A program made the position numbers and the translations under genes. A DNA stretch of 26,837 nt from a virus. Lineage: Duplodnaviria; Caudoviricetes. Below, piece by piece: positions 15,159 through 24,990 of the stretch. Position 1 is the first letter of the stretch. The number at the start of each line of letters is the position of its first letter. Under the pieces are notes generated by a model that was given only the letters and a program-made list of their open reading frames with translations, was not told the DNA's origin and did not search any database. The stretch lies in the IMG/VR virus record IMGVR_UViG_3300020045_008457, positions 1-26,837 of that record; one strand, written 5' to 3'.

Positions 15159-16666
15159 ATGACGACCTGATCCTTGAACTCGCGGAGTACAGCAACGACC
15201 CGTTGGGCTTCGTGCTCTTCGCTTTTCCGTGGGGAGAGGCGGGGAGCGAAGTCGAGTTTGAGGAGGTGCAGGAATGGCAAGCAAAAGTCTTATCGGACCT
15301 TGGCCACGGTCTCATCACGATCGAGGAAGCCATCCTTATCGCACGTACCTCAGGACATGGTATTGGCAAATCTGCCCTTGTTGCCTGGATTATTTTGTGG
15401 GCTATCTCTACTTTCGAGGACACGAAGGGAGTTGTCACCGCCAATACCGAGAACCAGCTGAAGACAAAGACGTGGGCCGAGGTCGCTAAATGGCACCGCA
15501 TGTTCATCGCCAAGGAACTATTCCAGATGACAGCCACCGCACTCTTCGCGCGTGACCCGGCTCACGAACGCACCTGGCGGATTGACATGGTCCCGTGGAG
15601 TGAGCGCAACACCGAAGCCTTCGCCGGCCTCCACAACCAGGGCAAGCGCATCCTTATCGTGTTTGATGAGGGCTCTGCCATCCCTGATGTGATCTGGGAG
15701 GTTACCGAGGGCGCGCTGACGGATAAGAACACCCAGATCATCTGGATGGTGTTCGGCAACCCGACGAGGAATAAGGGACGGTTCCGCGAATGCTTTGCTG
15801 GAGGCAAGTTCGCCCACCGCTGGCTTAGCGAGGCCATTGACTCCCGCACGGTTCGCATTTCCAACAAGCCGCAATTGCAGAAGTGGATCGACGACTATGG
15901 CGAGGACAGTGACTTTGTACGCGTTCGTGTCAGAGGCATGTTTCCTCGTGTTGATGCTGAGTCTTTTATATCATATGAGTTGGCACAATCCGCTTCCGTC
16001 CGCGAAGTTGGTAATAACGCTGGGGTTGTTGTCCTGGGCGTTGACGTTGCTCGCTTTGGTGATGACGCGAGTGTGATCTACCCGCGCTGCGGACGCGACG
16101 CCAAGTCCAGGGAAATTGAAGTGTACTACTCCGTCGATACCATGAACTTTGCTGGGAAGGTTGCTGCGGCGTTCATTCGCCACGGCGCGAGCATCTGCAT
16201 GGTTGACGGTGGGGGTGTCGGAGGCGGCGTGGTGGATCGCCTCCGGCAACTTCAAATCCCTGTGATCGACGTGCAGTTCGGTGCCGGGCCGGACGGGTAC
16301 AACAACTCCGGCGTGGTATATAAGAACAAGCGGGCTGAGATTTGGGGCGGGTTGCGCGACTGGCTGGTCTACGGCGCGATCCCGCAGATGCAGACCGGGG
16401 AGAACGTCACGCTCGTGGATGAACTCACCGGGCCGAACTACTCGCTAACAAATTCCAAGGGTGAAGAGGCCATCGTGCTCGAGGGCAAGAAGGATATGCG
16501 GGCCAGAGGTGTACCTTCGCCCAACGTGGCCGACGCCTTGGCCTGCACCTTCGCTTTCCCAACCGCTGAAGTCCTCGCGCCTGATCCTTGGGCACCGAAG
16601 GTCCAGCAGGTCGTTGGCGCCGACTACGATCCCTTTTCTCGCGAAGCAATTTACGGAGTACAGTGA
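15155..16666 (+). CDS. terL: terminase large subunit
   Basis: Walker A SGHGIGKS, Walker B IVFDE, GNP, nuclease motif GVDVARFGDD, SPNVADAL. Confidence 0.95.
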   Translation: MNDDLILELAEYSNDPLGFVLFAFPWGEAGSEVEFEEVQEWQAKVLSDLGHGLITIEEAILIARTSGHGIGKSALVAWIILWAISTFEDTKGVVTANTENQLKTKTWAEVAKWHRMFIAKELFQMTATALFARDPAHERTWRIDMVPWSERNTEAFAGLHNQGKRILIVFDEGSAIPDVIWEVTEGALTDKNTQIIWMVFGNPTRNKGRFRECFAGGKFAHRWLSEAIDSRTVRISNKPQLQKWIDDYGEDSDFVRVRVRGMFPRVDAESFISYELAQSASVREVGNNAGVVVLGVDVARFGDDASVIYPRCGRDAKSREIEVYYSVDTMNFAGKVAAAFIRHGASICMVDGGGVGGGVVDRLRQLQIPVIDVQFGAGPDGYNNSGVVYKNKRAEIWGGLRDWLVYGAIPQMQTGENVTLVDELTGPNYSLTNSKGEEAIVLEGKKDMRARGVPSPNVADALACTFAFPTAEVLAPDPWAPKVQQVVGADYDPFSREAIYGVQ

Positions 16667-16667
16667 T

Positions 16668-16853
16668 ATGGGGTTCTTGTTCCCGAAGGCTCCCAAGCCA
16701 GTCCCGCCCGCTAACCCAGCGCAAACTGCGTCCACGGTGAACCCGTTCAGCACCTCGTTTAGTAGCGGTGGGAGCTTTATTGGTGGGCCGGCTGGTCCCA
16801 CGGCGCAACGCAAATCCGGTCTGCAAAAGACTTCTCTCATCGGGGGTGGCTGA
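16668..16853 (+). CDS. small Pro-rich virion protein between terL and portal
   Basis: GGAG then ATG at 16668; MGFLFPKAPKPVPP...KTSLIGGG. Confidence 0.75.
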   Translation: MGFLFPKAPKPVPPANPAQTASTVNPFSTSFSSGGSFIGGPAGPTAQRKSGLQKTSLIGGG

Positions 16854-18511
16854 TGCCAAAGATTAGTGAACAGCAGCACAAGTTGCTGAAGCAGGTCATC
16901 GCTGAGCTGCGTAATGATCGGCAGCCGTATTGGACGCTGTGGCGTGAACTCGCTGACTACTACCTTCCCAAGCGGTATGTGTGGTTGCAGAGTGCGAGAG
17001 AGCAAAGGGTACGCAGCGCCAAGAACCCCTATATCCTGGACTCCACCGGGACGTTTGCAGCGCGTACCTTGGCGGGCGGGATGATGAACGGGATCACCTC
17101 CCCTTCGCGTCCGTGGTTTAAGCTCCGCATCCCAGGCTACGATGATGACGGCGGACCGGTGAGCCTCTGGTGCGATGAAGTCGCGCGCCGGATGATGTGG
17201 GTTATGGGGGAGAGCAACTTCTATAACTCCATGGCCGTGCTGTACCTGGACCTCGTTGTGTTTGGCTCGGCGGCTTCGTTGATTTACGAGGACGACGAAA
17301 CCGATATCAGGTGCTACAACCCCGCGCTCGGTGAGTTCTACTTTGGCCAAAGCAGCCGCCTCGCTGTAGACACTTTTGCGCGCGAGTACCAGCAGACCGC
17401 CAAGCAGCTGTGCCAAATGTTTGGTGAGGAAAACCTGTGCGAAACCACGCGGCTGAAGTATAAGAAGGGCGGTGCTGATGCGCTGGCCCTCATCGACGTA
17501 ACGCACTTGATCGAGCCTAATCTTGGTGAAAGCGCTGTGCCGAAGAAATTCGCGTATAGAGAAACGTACTGGGAAACCAGCGCCCCGGCTGGCGTGGTCC
17601 TCGTCCAGCGCGGGTTCAACGAACTCCCCGGCATCTTCCCTCGTTGGGAGTGCACCGCCAACGACAGCTATGGCTCCTCGCCCGGCATGGATGCGCTCGG
17701 TGACGTAATCCAACTCCAGCAGGAAACCAAGCGCAAAGCCCAGGGCCTGGACAAGATGATTAACCCGCCGATTATTGCGGACATTCAACTCCAGCACCGG
17801 CCCACCGCACTAATGCCCTCGGGCATCACCTACGTAGCCGGCCAGAACAACATCGGCGCCAAGCCCCTGTACCAAATCCCCGCGCCGATCAACGATATGA
17901 CGAATGACATTCGTGATGTCCAGGGCCGGATCAAGGAGACGTTTTTCAACGGGCTGTTCGATATGATTAGCCAGCTGGAGACGGTGCGCAGCGCGACGGA
18001 GATTGATGCGCGGCGAGAAGAGAAGCTGGTGCTGTTGGGTTCCGTGTTGGAGCGGTTTGAGAACGAAGCCCTTGACCCCGCCATTGATCGTATCTACAAC
18101 ATTATGGCTCGGCGGAAGCTACTTCCCCCCGTGCCTGAGGGCCTGCCCGCCGCTGGGATCGAGGTGCAGTATGTGTCGATCCTTAGCGTCGCCCAGCGCG
18201 CTGTAGCTGCTGCTCCGATGGAACGGTGGCTCCAACTTGTTGGCTCCGTGGCCGGCCTATATCCTGGTGCACTGGATATTCCCAACTTTGACGAACTCAT
18301 CCGCAACTACGGTAATGACATCGGAGTTGAAACACGCAACATGAACCCGCGCGAAGTCGTGGAAGCTCAGCGCGAAGCCAAGGCCCAACAGGCCCAGCAG
18401 GAACAGCTGGCTGCGGTAACCCCAGTCATTGCGGACTCCGCTAAGACGCTGAGCGAAACCGACACCGGCGGTGGGAGCAACGCGCTGCAGCAACTCCTTG
18501 CGGCGGGTTGA
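16853..18511 (+). CDS. portal (head-to-tail connector) protein
   Basis: ITSPSRPWFKL, YGSSPGMDALGDV, SATEIDARREEKL..LG.V.ER motifs. Confidence 0.95.
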   Translation: MPKISEQQHKLLKQVIAELRNDRQPYWTLWRELADYYLPKRYVWLQSAREQRVRSAKNPYILDSTGTFAARTLAGGMMNGITSPSRPWFKLRIPGYDDDGGPVSLWCDEVARRMMWVMGESNFYNSMAVLYLDLVVFGSAASLIYEDDETDIRCYNPALGEFYFGQSSRLAVDTFAREYQQTAKQLCQMFGEENLCETTRLKYKKGGADALALIDVTHLIEPNLGESAVPKKFAYRETYWETSAPAGVVLVQRGFNELPGIFPRWECTANDSYGSSPGMDALGDVIQLQQETKRKAQGLDKMINPPIIADIQLQHRPTALMPSGITYVAGQNNIGAKPLYQIPAPINDMTNDIRDVQGRIKETFFNGLFDMISQLETVRSATEIDARREEKLVLLGSVLERFENEALDPAIDRIYNIMARRKLLPPVPEGLPAAGIEVQYVSILSVAQRAVAAAPMERWLQLVGSVAGLYPGALDIPNFDELIRNYGNDIGVETRNMNPREVVEAQREAKAQQAQQEQLAAVTPVIADSAKTLSETDTGGGSNALQQLLAAG

Positions 18512-18546
18512 GTGGGATTGACAGAAACAGGATAATACCGTATGAT
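18508..18546 (+). promoter_or_regulatory. two overlapping sigma70-like promoters
   Basis: TTGAGT-N17-GATAAT (18508-18536) and TTGACA-N17-TATGAT (18518-18546). Confidence 0.65.
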
Positions 18547-18952
18547 GTCCGAAGTCGAAAAAGTCAAACGTAGGTGGGAAAAGGCTGATGAAGCTGATTT
18601 GGAAAGTGCAATCAACGCCCTGTTCCAGGCCCCCAACGGCCGCAGGTTTCTGTGGTGGCTTTTAGCTGTTGGCAAGATCGGCAACCAGCCCTTCTCCCCC
18701 GACCCTTACGTTGCGGCATTTAACTGTGGAGTCCTTGACGTAGGCAACCAGATCATGGCCCGGTTAATGGAAACCAACCCTGATAGTTACACCGCAATGC
18801 AAAAGGAGATGTTGAATGAGCACCGAAACAGAGACACAGAACTCGGAGTCGCAAGCGACCTCGACAAGCGAAACCAGCCAGACGCTGGTGACGGGCGAGA
18901 CTACGACGACGAACCAAGATACCCAGGGGTCGACTACGGAGACGGAGGGTGA
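18542..18952 (+). CDS. Bbp19-like protein
   Basis: GRRFLWWLL...AAFNCG..DVG pattern; sits between portal and scaffold. Confidence 0.7.
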   Translation: MMSEVEKVKRRWEKADEADLESAINALFQAPNGRRFLWWLLAVGKIGNQPFSPDPYVAAFNCGVLDVGNQIMARLMETNPDSYTAMQKEMLNEHRNRDTELGVASDLDKRNQPDAGDGRDYDDEPRYPGVDYGDGG

Positions 18953-19502
18953 AACTTCTGAAGAAGCAGTTAAAACCCCCGAAGAAATTGCTGAGGAAGC
19001 CGCGAAAGCTGAAGCCGATGCGGCAGCTGCCGCTCCCATAACGGTCGAGGACATCGTCCTCCCGGAAGGCATGGCCGAACTTTCTCCCGACCTCACCAAG
19101 GAATTCGTGGAGCTAGTGAACGATAAGGAATTGGGACCGAAGGCTCGCGCCGAGGCCCTTCTTAACTTGCAGGCGAAAGCTATGACTGCTGCCTCGGAGG
19201 CGAGTAGCGCGGCATGGACTGAGATGCAAGAACAGTGGCGGAACGAGGTTAAAGCCGACCCGGTCGTGGGCGGGGATAAACTCCAACCAACACTAAATTC
19301 AATCAACAAGCTCGTCACCGAACACGGCGATGAGAAGTTGGTTGAAGCACTTGCTGTCACGGGGGCTGGTAACAACCTCCATGTCATCAAGTTCCTCCAC
19401 ACGGTATCCACGCTCCTCACCGAGGGTGGTTATCAGGCCGGCTCACCTGCTGGTCAGGAGAAAACTGCCGCGCAACGCCTTTACCCATCAATGCCCAATT
19501 AA
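18816..19502 (+). CDS. capsid scaffolding protein
   Basis: Acidic disordered N-terminus, W...KADP..GG, TGAGN, C-terminal AQRLYPSM. Confidence 0.8.
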   Translation: MSTETETQNSESQATSTSETSQTLVTGETTTTNQDTQGSTTETEGETSEEAVKTPEEIAEEAAKAEADAAAAAPITVEDIVLPEGMAELSPDLTKEFVELVNDKELGPKARAEALLNLQAKAMTAASEASSAAWTEMQEQWRNEVKADPVVGGDKLQPTLNSINKLVTEHGDEKLVEALAVTGAGNNLHVIKFLHTVSTLLTEGGYQAGSPAGQEKTAAQRLYPSMPN

Positions 19503-19514
19503 GGAGCAACGTAA

Positions 19515-20516
19515 ATGTCAGTACTCGCTGATACCCATCCGACGCTTTTGGATCTCGCCAAGCGTACGGACCCCGATGGCAATATCGCAGATATTGTCGA
19601 AATCCTGAACCAGAACAACGAAGTGCTGGAGGATATGGTTTGGCAGGAGGGCAACCTCGTAACCGGCCATCGAACCACGATCCGTACTGGTTTGCCCACC
19701 CCGACCTGGCGCAAGATGTACGGCGGCGTCCAGCCCACGAAGTCGCGCACTGCCCAGATCACCGATAACACCGGTATGCTGGAAGCGTATGCGGAAGTCG
19801 ATAAGGCCCTCGCGGACCTTAACGGCAACACCGCTGCGTTCCGTCTTTCGGAAGATCGCCCTCACATCGAGGGTATGTCGGAGGAGATTGCACAGACGAT
19901 CTTCTACGGCAACGAAGGTACGGAGCCGGAGGCCTTTACTGGTCTCTCCCCGCGCTTCAACGCCCTTACCTCGGCCAACAACAGCGATAACGTAATCGCC
20001 GGCGGTGGCTCGGGTACGGACAACGCCAGCATCTGGCTCTGCGTGTGGGGTCCCTCGTCGGGCTTCGGCATCACGCCCAAGGGCTCGAAGGCTGGTCTCC
20101 AGATGGAGGACAAGGGCCAGGTCACGATCGAAAACGTGGATGGCGATGGTGGTCGTATGGAGGCGTATCGTTCGCACTATCGCTGGGATGCGGGTCTTAC
20201 CATCCGCGACTGGCGTTATTTCGTTCGCATCGCCAACATCGACCGCTCGGAGCTGACCACTACGGCGGCATCCGGCGCGCACCTGCCCAACCTCATGTAC
20301 GAGGCCATTGATCGCATCCCCAGCTTCTCTGGCCGGGCTGCGTTCTACATGGATCGGGGTATCCTTACCAAGCTGCGGCAGCAGTCGTCGTACCTGATTA
20401 AGGACTCGTCGCTCACGGTTGAGCAGCTTGGCGGCGTGCCTGTCACCCAGTTCCACGGTATCCCTATTCGCCGTGTGGACGTGCTGTCGCCCGATGAAGC
20501 CCTTGTTGCAGCTTGA
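19515..20516 (+). CDS. major capsid protein (BPP-1 Bbp17 / epsilon15 gp7 type)
   Basis: PTLLDLAKR, RTGLPTPTWR..GV.P.KS, MLEAYAEVDK.LA, DWRY.VRIANID. Confidence 0.95.
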   Translation: MSVLADTHPTLLDLAKRTDPDGNIADIVEILNQNNEVLEDMVWQEGNLVTGHRTTIRTGLPTPTWRKMYGGVQPTKSRTAQITDNTGMLEAYAEVDKALADLNGNTAAFRLSEDRPHIEGMSEEIAQTIFYGNEGTEPEAFTGLSPRFNALTSANNSDNVIAGGGSGTDNASIWLCVWGPSSGFGITPKGSKAGLQMEDKGQVTIENVDGDGGRMEAYRSHYRWDAGLTIRDWRYFVRIANIDRSELTTTAASGAHLPNLMYEAIDRIPSFSGRAAFYMDRGILTKLRQQSSYLIKDSSLTVEQLGGVPVTQFHGIPIRRVDVLSPDEALVAA

Positions 20517-20569
20517 TATGGCTTAGGGCATAATGCCTAGGACCATACCTAAACTCGAAGGAATTTAAT

Positions 20570-21055
20570 ATGATTATGGACGAACGACTTGAGTTTGCTG
20601 ATGCCGTTGCTGTTGACGGTGCTGCGGCTCCCACTACCGCGCTGATCGGTGATGTGATTAACCTTGGCTCGGTCCCTCGGGACATTGGCCAGGGTGAGCA
20701 GGTTTACCTTGTAATCACCACCGACACGGAGATCATCACCGGCGGCTCTGCCGGCACGATGAACTTCAAGCTCGTATCCGACGCTCAGGCGGCTATCGCC
20801 ACGGACGGTTCTGCCACGATCCATTGGCAGTCCCAGGAGTTCGTGACCGATGACGCCGCAGCCAACTCCGCCCAGTTCAACGCGGGTGGAATTATTGCTG
20901 CCGTGGCCCTGCCCCTCCAGGGCGCGGTCTATGAGCAGTACCTGGGCATCCTCGTCACTCGTACCACGACCGCAGTTACCGCCGGTAAGATCAATGCGTT
21001 CCTCACGCTTGACCCGCCCCGGACTGGTGTGATCTATCCTGAAGGAGCGAACTGA
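20570..21055 (+). CDS. capsid cement protein (Bbp16-like)
   Basis: MIMDERLEF...DVINLG..RDIG.G...YLG...TAGKINAFL. Confidence 0.85.
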   Translation: MIMDERLEFADAVAVDGAAAPTTALIGDVINLGSVPRDIGQGEQVYLVITTDTEIITGGSAGTMNFKLVSDAQAAIATDGSATIHWQSQEFVTDDAAANSAQFNAGGIIAAVALPLQGAVYEQYLGILVTRTTTAVTAGKINAFLTLDPPRTGVIYPEGAN

Positions 21056-21324
21056 TGGCTACCGTCTCCGTAAACCTTAAGCGGGGTTTCTTTGCCCCGG
21101 ATGGGGTGTTGTACGAGGTGTCGGGCAATCCGCATCAGCTCCCTGCCGAATGGGCGGACAAGCCTGAACAGGGGGAGGACGAAAGCGATGAGGACTTCAA
21201 GGCTCGCGCCAAGAAGCAGCCTTACGCAGTGCTCCCTTCCTCTGCTGAGGTTGTGAAAGCCTCTGCTCCGGTCGTCGAGAAGCCTGAGCCGGCGCCTGCG
21301 GCAACCACAGCCAAGCCCAAGTAA
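21055..21324 (+). CDS. hypothetical virion-associated protein
   Basis: TGATG-coupled 89-aa ORF. Confidence 0.7.
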   Translation: MATVSVNLKRGFFAPDGVLYEVSGNPHQLPAEWADKPEQGEDESDEDFKARAKKQPYAVLPSSAEVVKASAPVVEKPEPAPAATTAKPK

Positions 21325-21335
21325 GGAGTAAGTCG

Positions 21336-22001
21336 GTGGACGTAACCCAGCTCTTTAACCTGTCGCTTAACGCAATAGGCGCGAGGGGGAAGGTTGCGTC
21401 CCCGACTGAAAACTCAAGGGAAGCTGAGGTGTGTTCACTTTGGTACGAGGTGGTGAAGGATCAAATCTTCGCGGCGGCGCCTTGGCCAGAGCTAACCAAG
21501 CTCGCTTCCCTTGAGGTACTTGATGAACGAGACGCGGAAGAGGACTGGGTTAACACCAACGCGCGGCCTGGCTATGCGTTTGCTTACGCGCTGCCGGACG
21601 ACTTCGCCTATCCCCAGTACCTTAGTAATTTCGATCGCTTCCTCCTCACCGCGTATGGGGACTCTCAGGCGATCTCCACTAATAGTGAAAACGCCGTGCT
21701 CGCTTATACGTCGAAGAACCTGGTGCCGGACCGCTGGTCCCCAGGGCTCCGTATGGCGATCGTCTACGCGCTGGCCTCCCACATCGTCATGCCCCTTAGC
21801 GGCAAGGTCTCGCGCGCCAAACAGATGGTGGACCAGGCCAACAACTACATCATGCAGGCGAGAGAAGCGGGGGCTAATACCTCCAACGAACAGTTCGAGC
21901 ACATTCCCGACTGGATAGCGGCGCGGGGTTATTCCGGCTCCACCCAGTCCATGCGCTACATCTACCCCTACGGCGATCTCCTCACGGTGTCGAATGTCTA
22001 A
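21336..22001 (+). CDS. tail tubular protein A / adaptor
   Basis: N.SL..IG...SREAEVC..WY, AYALPDD, C-terminal PDWIAARG. Confidence 0.85.
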   Translation: MDVTQLFNLSLNAIGARGKVASPTENSREAEVCSLWYEVVKDQIFAAAPWPELTKLASLEVLDERDAEEDWVNTNARPGYAFAYALPDDFAYPQYLSNFDRFLLTAYGDSQAISTNSENAVLAYTSKNLVPDRWSPGLRMAIVYALASHIVMPLSGKVSRAKQMVDQANNYIMQAREAGANTSNEQFEHIPDWIAARGYSGSTQSMRYIYPYGDLLTVSNV

Positions 22002-24990
22002 CGAGCTGCTAAAATACGCCTTCGTTGCGGGTGAGCTGTCGCCCTCGCTCCTTGGCCGCACCGATCTTACGAAGTACGACCTCGCCATGGCTGAGGCGTA
22101 TAACATGTTTGTGGATTACCGAGGCGGGCTTAGTTCTCGCCCTGGCACAGAGTTCGTTGACTTCCTTCCTGACTACCAGGAGGTGGCAAGTAGCTTGGGC
22201 CGTAAGTCCAACGTGATTGAGTCCCCAATCCTCTACGCAATGAAGATTGAGGCGGAGACGGAATACAATTACATTGTGGTTATCGCGCCGGTTAATTCAA
22301 CTGAAGGTGGCACCACATTCGGCCACAGCGCCGTGCGGTTTATCCAGAACGGTGAGTACGACTTAGAACCCGCCTTCCAAGTAACCTCCGTGACCGATGC
22401 CGACCCCGCCGTGTTCACTGTAACCGACCACGACTTTGAGGAAGGCGATTGGGTTCGGTTTAACAACCAGTTCGTGATGACGTTCACCTCGCTCCTTGAC
22501 ACGACTATGGTTGTGAGGGATGTGAGTGGGGACACGTTTGAGCTGGATATCCTAGCCACTGGTGAGCGGGTAGGCGCGGCACAAATCCCAGCCTCTCCCC
22601 AAGCACGTATCTCGCGGGTCTATACCATTGAAACTGATTATCGCCCTGAGCACTATGGCACCTTGCAGTTCACTGCCGTAGGTAGCGACGGCCAGGACCG
22701 CGAAGTTAACATCGTTCGCATCACTCACGTTGAGTACCCAATCCGTAACCTCATCTGGCGCTACTATCCCGACGACCATCTCGACCAGTTCGGGCGCGGG
22801 TGGACGATTGAGGATGAGGTTCTTGGGATTAATGAGCGGGGGCCGGCGATCACCTCGTTCACTGCCAGCGCGCAGCCAGATGATGGACCGCCCCTCGCCA
22901 CGGTGCTTTTCGCTGTGACCTCCGTATATGACAACGATCAGGAAAGTATTCGCGGCCCGGTCTACCAGATCACCGACGTGCCCAACTACACCGTGACTGC
23001 CGGCGCGGTTACGATTAACTGGACCGCTGACCCGGACGCATCCTACTACCGAGTTTATCGCTCTGTAGTCGCGTCCGACCAGGTGCTTAGTCAAGGGCTT
23101 GAACTCGGCTTCCTGGGCCAAACCAAGGGCACTAGTTTCACTGACCCGAACATCATCCCCGACTTCTCCCGCACCCCATCCAAGCACCATGACCCATTCG
23201 TGTATGGCCGAGTCAGCCGGGTGGTTATTAACGACGGTGGGACTGGGTATACGGATTTCACGACCTTCCTCACAATCACCGGCGGGCCGGAGACTGACTT
23301 CTACGCCGAGGGGATTGTGCAATCCGGCACCGGTGAGATCATCTACGTTGACATCCTCAACGCAGGCCATGACTACGGCCATGTGGATCACGTGCTGGAT
23401 ATTGATGGAACTGGAACTGGGGCTGATATTGACCTTGTGTCCCTGACCGGGAATTATCCAGGCGTGTCCGCGATTTACCAGCAGCGCCAAATCTACGCTG
23501 GCTCCTACAACCAGCCCGTCACGGTGTGGGGTAGCCAAGTCGGTCTCTTCTCCAACTTCAACACCACAACCAACGTGGTGGACAGCGATGCGTTTGAGTT
23601 CTCCCTTAACCTCGAGACCTTTAACTACGCACCGATCCGGCACCTGGTCGCGACGCAGATTGGCCTTCTGGCCATGACCCAGGAAAGCATTTGGCTAATC
23701 AACGGTGGTGGGCCAACGCAGCCCCTTACGGCGCAGAACACCGTAGCGTCTCCGCAGGACTACGCCGGTGCCAGCCAACTTGTGCCGTTGAAGATTGGTA
23801 GTGAGGTGCTTTATGCCGAGGGCAAGGGCTACGCTGTTCGGTCGCTTTCGTATAGCGAGGCGAGTCGGGGGTTCAGCGCTGATGACCGCAGTATCCTGTC
23901 CAACCACCTGATTAACGCCGGCCGCGAGATTGTTTCGTGGGCATATCAAGAACAGCCAAGCAAGATCGTCTGGTGTGTGAGGGCGGACGGCGCGCTGCTC
24001 GCGTTTACGACTGTGAAGTCGGAAGACATCTACGCCTGGTGTAGTGGTGGGACCAAGGGCCAGTTCCTTGCTGCCGCTGCCATGCGCGAGAACGTGCTGC
24101 CCACCGCGCTACTCCCTTACAACTATAAGTTTGTGGATAGCACTTATTTTGTAACTCAGCGGTATATCGGTGGCCGGTGGCGCCGGTGCGTGGAGCGGCT
24201 GGCCCAGCGGGACTTTAGCAATCTGGAAGATGCTTGGTGCCTGGACTGCGCCCTCATCACACAGAAGAACACGTTTAACAACACGCTCGAGGGTTATAAG
24301 CTGGCTAATGGAAACTGGGCCTTCACCAGCCCTTATGGGTTGAATGGCGAGGCCGAAGAAGGCTGGGTACTCCGTGGCGCTGGTGGCGTGTTCAAGTTCG
24401 TTGAGGACGTTTACGATCCCGGCTACCTCTATTCCGAATATGAGGAAATCGAGCCGCCAAAGTTCTTCATGCCCGAAACTGACGAAACGGAAATCGTGCC
24501 ACAGACCCGCGATGAATGGGGGATCGTGGAGCCGTTTACCACGGTGACAAACCTGTGGCATTTGGAGGGTGAAACGGTTTCTATCCTCGCGGACGGTAAG
24601 GTGCTTGAGGACCAGGTCGTTACCGATGGGGCGATCACGCTGGATACTCCGGCTACGTTGTGTCTCATTGGCCTGCCCTTCGTAGTCCGCGCCCGTTCCC
24701 TCCCGATCACGGTGCAGGGTAATGCAGTTGAAGGGAAGCGGAAGCGGGTGGTTGGGCTTGGGGTACGGTTGGAAAACACCAAGGGGCTGCAAGCCGGGCG
24801 GACCAAGGATGAGTTGTATGATGTAGAGCGCGGTGGTGAGGCCACGGTTATGGTGAATGGCATCCATCACCAGCTGCTTAGCACTTCATGGGAGGACGAC
24901 TCCTCAATCACCTTCGTGCAAAACAAGCCTCTTCCTGTCACAATGCTTTCCCTAATTACTGATGTGGAGGTCGGCGATGATACAGATTAA
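21994..24990 (+). CDS. tail tubular protein B / nozzle, with inserted domains
   Basis: F..GELSP.L.GRTD..KY, RPGT, YP....YQQR, HLEGETVSILADG, GLPF, P.P.TML. Confidence 0.9.
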   Translation: MSNELLKYAFVAGELSPSLLGRTDLTKYDLAMAEAYNMFVDYRGGLSSRPGTEFVDFLPDYQEVASSLGRKSNVIESPILYAMKIEAETEYNYIVVIAPVNSTEGGTTFGHSAVRFIQNGEYDLEPAFQVTSVTDADPAVFTVTDHDFEEGDWVRFNNQFVMTFTSLLDTTMVVRDVSGDTFELDILATGERVGAAQIPASPQARISRVYTIETDYRPEHYGTLQFTAVGSDGQDREVNIVRITHVEYPIRNLIWRYYPDDHLDQFGRGWTIEDEVLGINERGPAITSFTASAQPDDGPPLATVLFAVTSVYDNDQESIRGPVYQITDVPNYTVTAGAVTINWTADPDASYYRVYRSVVASDQVLSQGLELGFLGQTKGTSFTDPNIIPDFSRTPSKHHDPFVYGRVSRVVINDGGTGYTDFTTFLTITGGPETDFYAEGIVQSGTGEIIYVDILNAGHDYGHVDHVLDIDGTGTGADIDLVSLTGNYPGVSAIYQQRQIYAGSYNQPVTVWGSQVGLFSNFNTTTNVVDSDAFEFSLNLETFNYAPIRHLVATQIGLLAMTQESIWLINGGGPTQPLTAQNTVASPQDYAGASQLVPLKIGSEVLYAEGKGYAVRSLSYSEASRGFSADDRSILSNHLINAGREIVSWAYQEQPSKIVWCVRADGALLAFTTVKSEDIYAWCSGGTKGQFLAAAAMRENVLPTALLPYNYKFVDSTYFVTQRYIGGRWRRCVERLAQRDFSNLEDAWCLDCALITQKNTFNNTLEGYKLANGNWAFTSPYGLNGEAEEGWVLRGAGGVFKFVEDVYDPGYLYSEYEEIEPPKFFMPETDETEIVPQTRDEWGIVEPFTTVTNLWHLEGETVSILADGKVLEDQVVTDGAITLDTPATLCLIGLPFVVRARSLPITVQGNAVEGKRKRVVGLGVRLENTKGLQAGRTKDELYDVERGGEATVMVNGIHHQLLSTSWEDDSSITFVQNKPLPVTMLSLITDVEVGDDTD

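Noticed and set aside
18816-18952. 137-nt overlap between the Bbp19-like and scaffold genes
   Set aside because: It involves low-complexity termini only and suggests no separate function.
16445-20456. Long antisense ORFs (16445-17797, 19518-20456; also 22552-23643 and 8177-8728)
   Set aside because: They shadow strongly codon-biased real genes and show no recognisable motifs.
20514-20540. Stop-codon readthrough of the capsid gene (TGA followed by a hairpin)
   Set aside because: An in-frame TAG follows after seven codons, so no fusion with the cement gene results.
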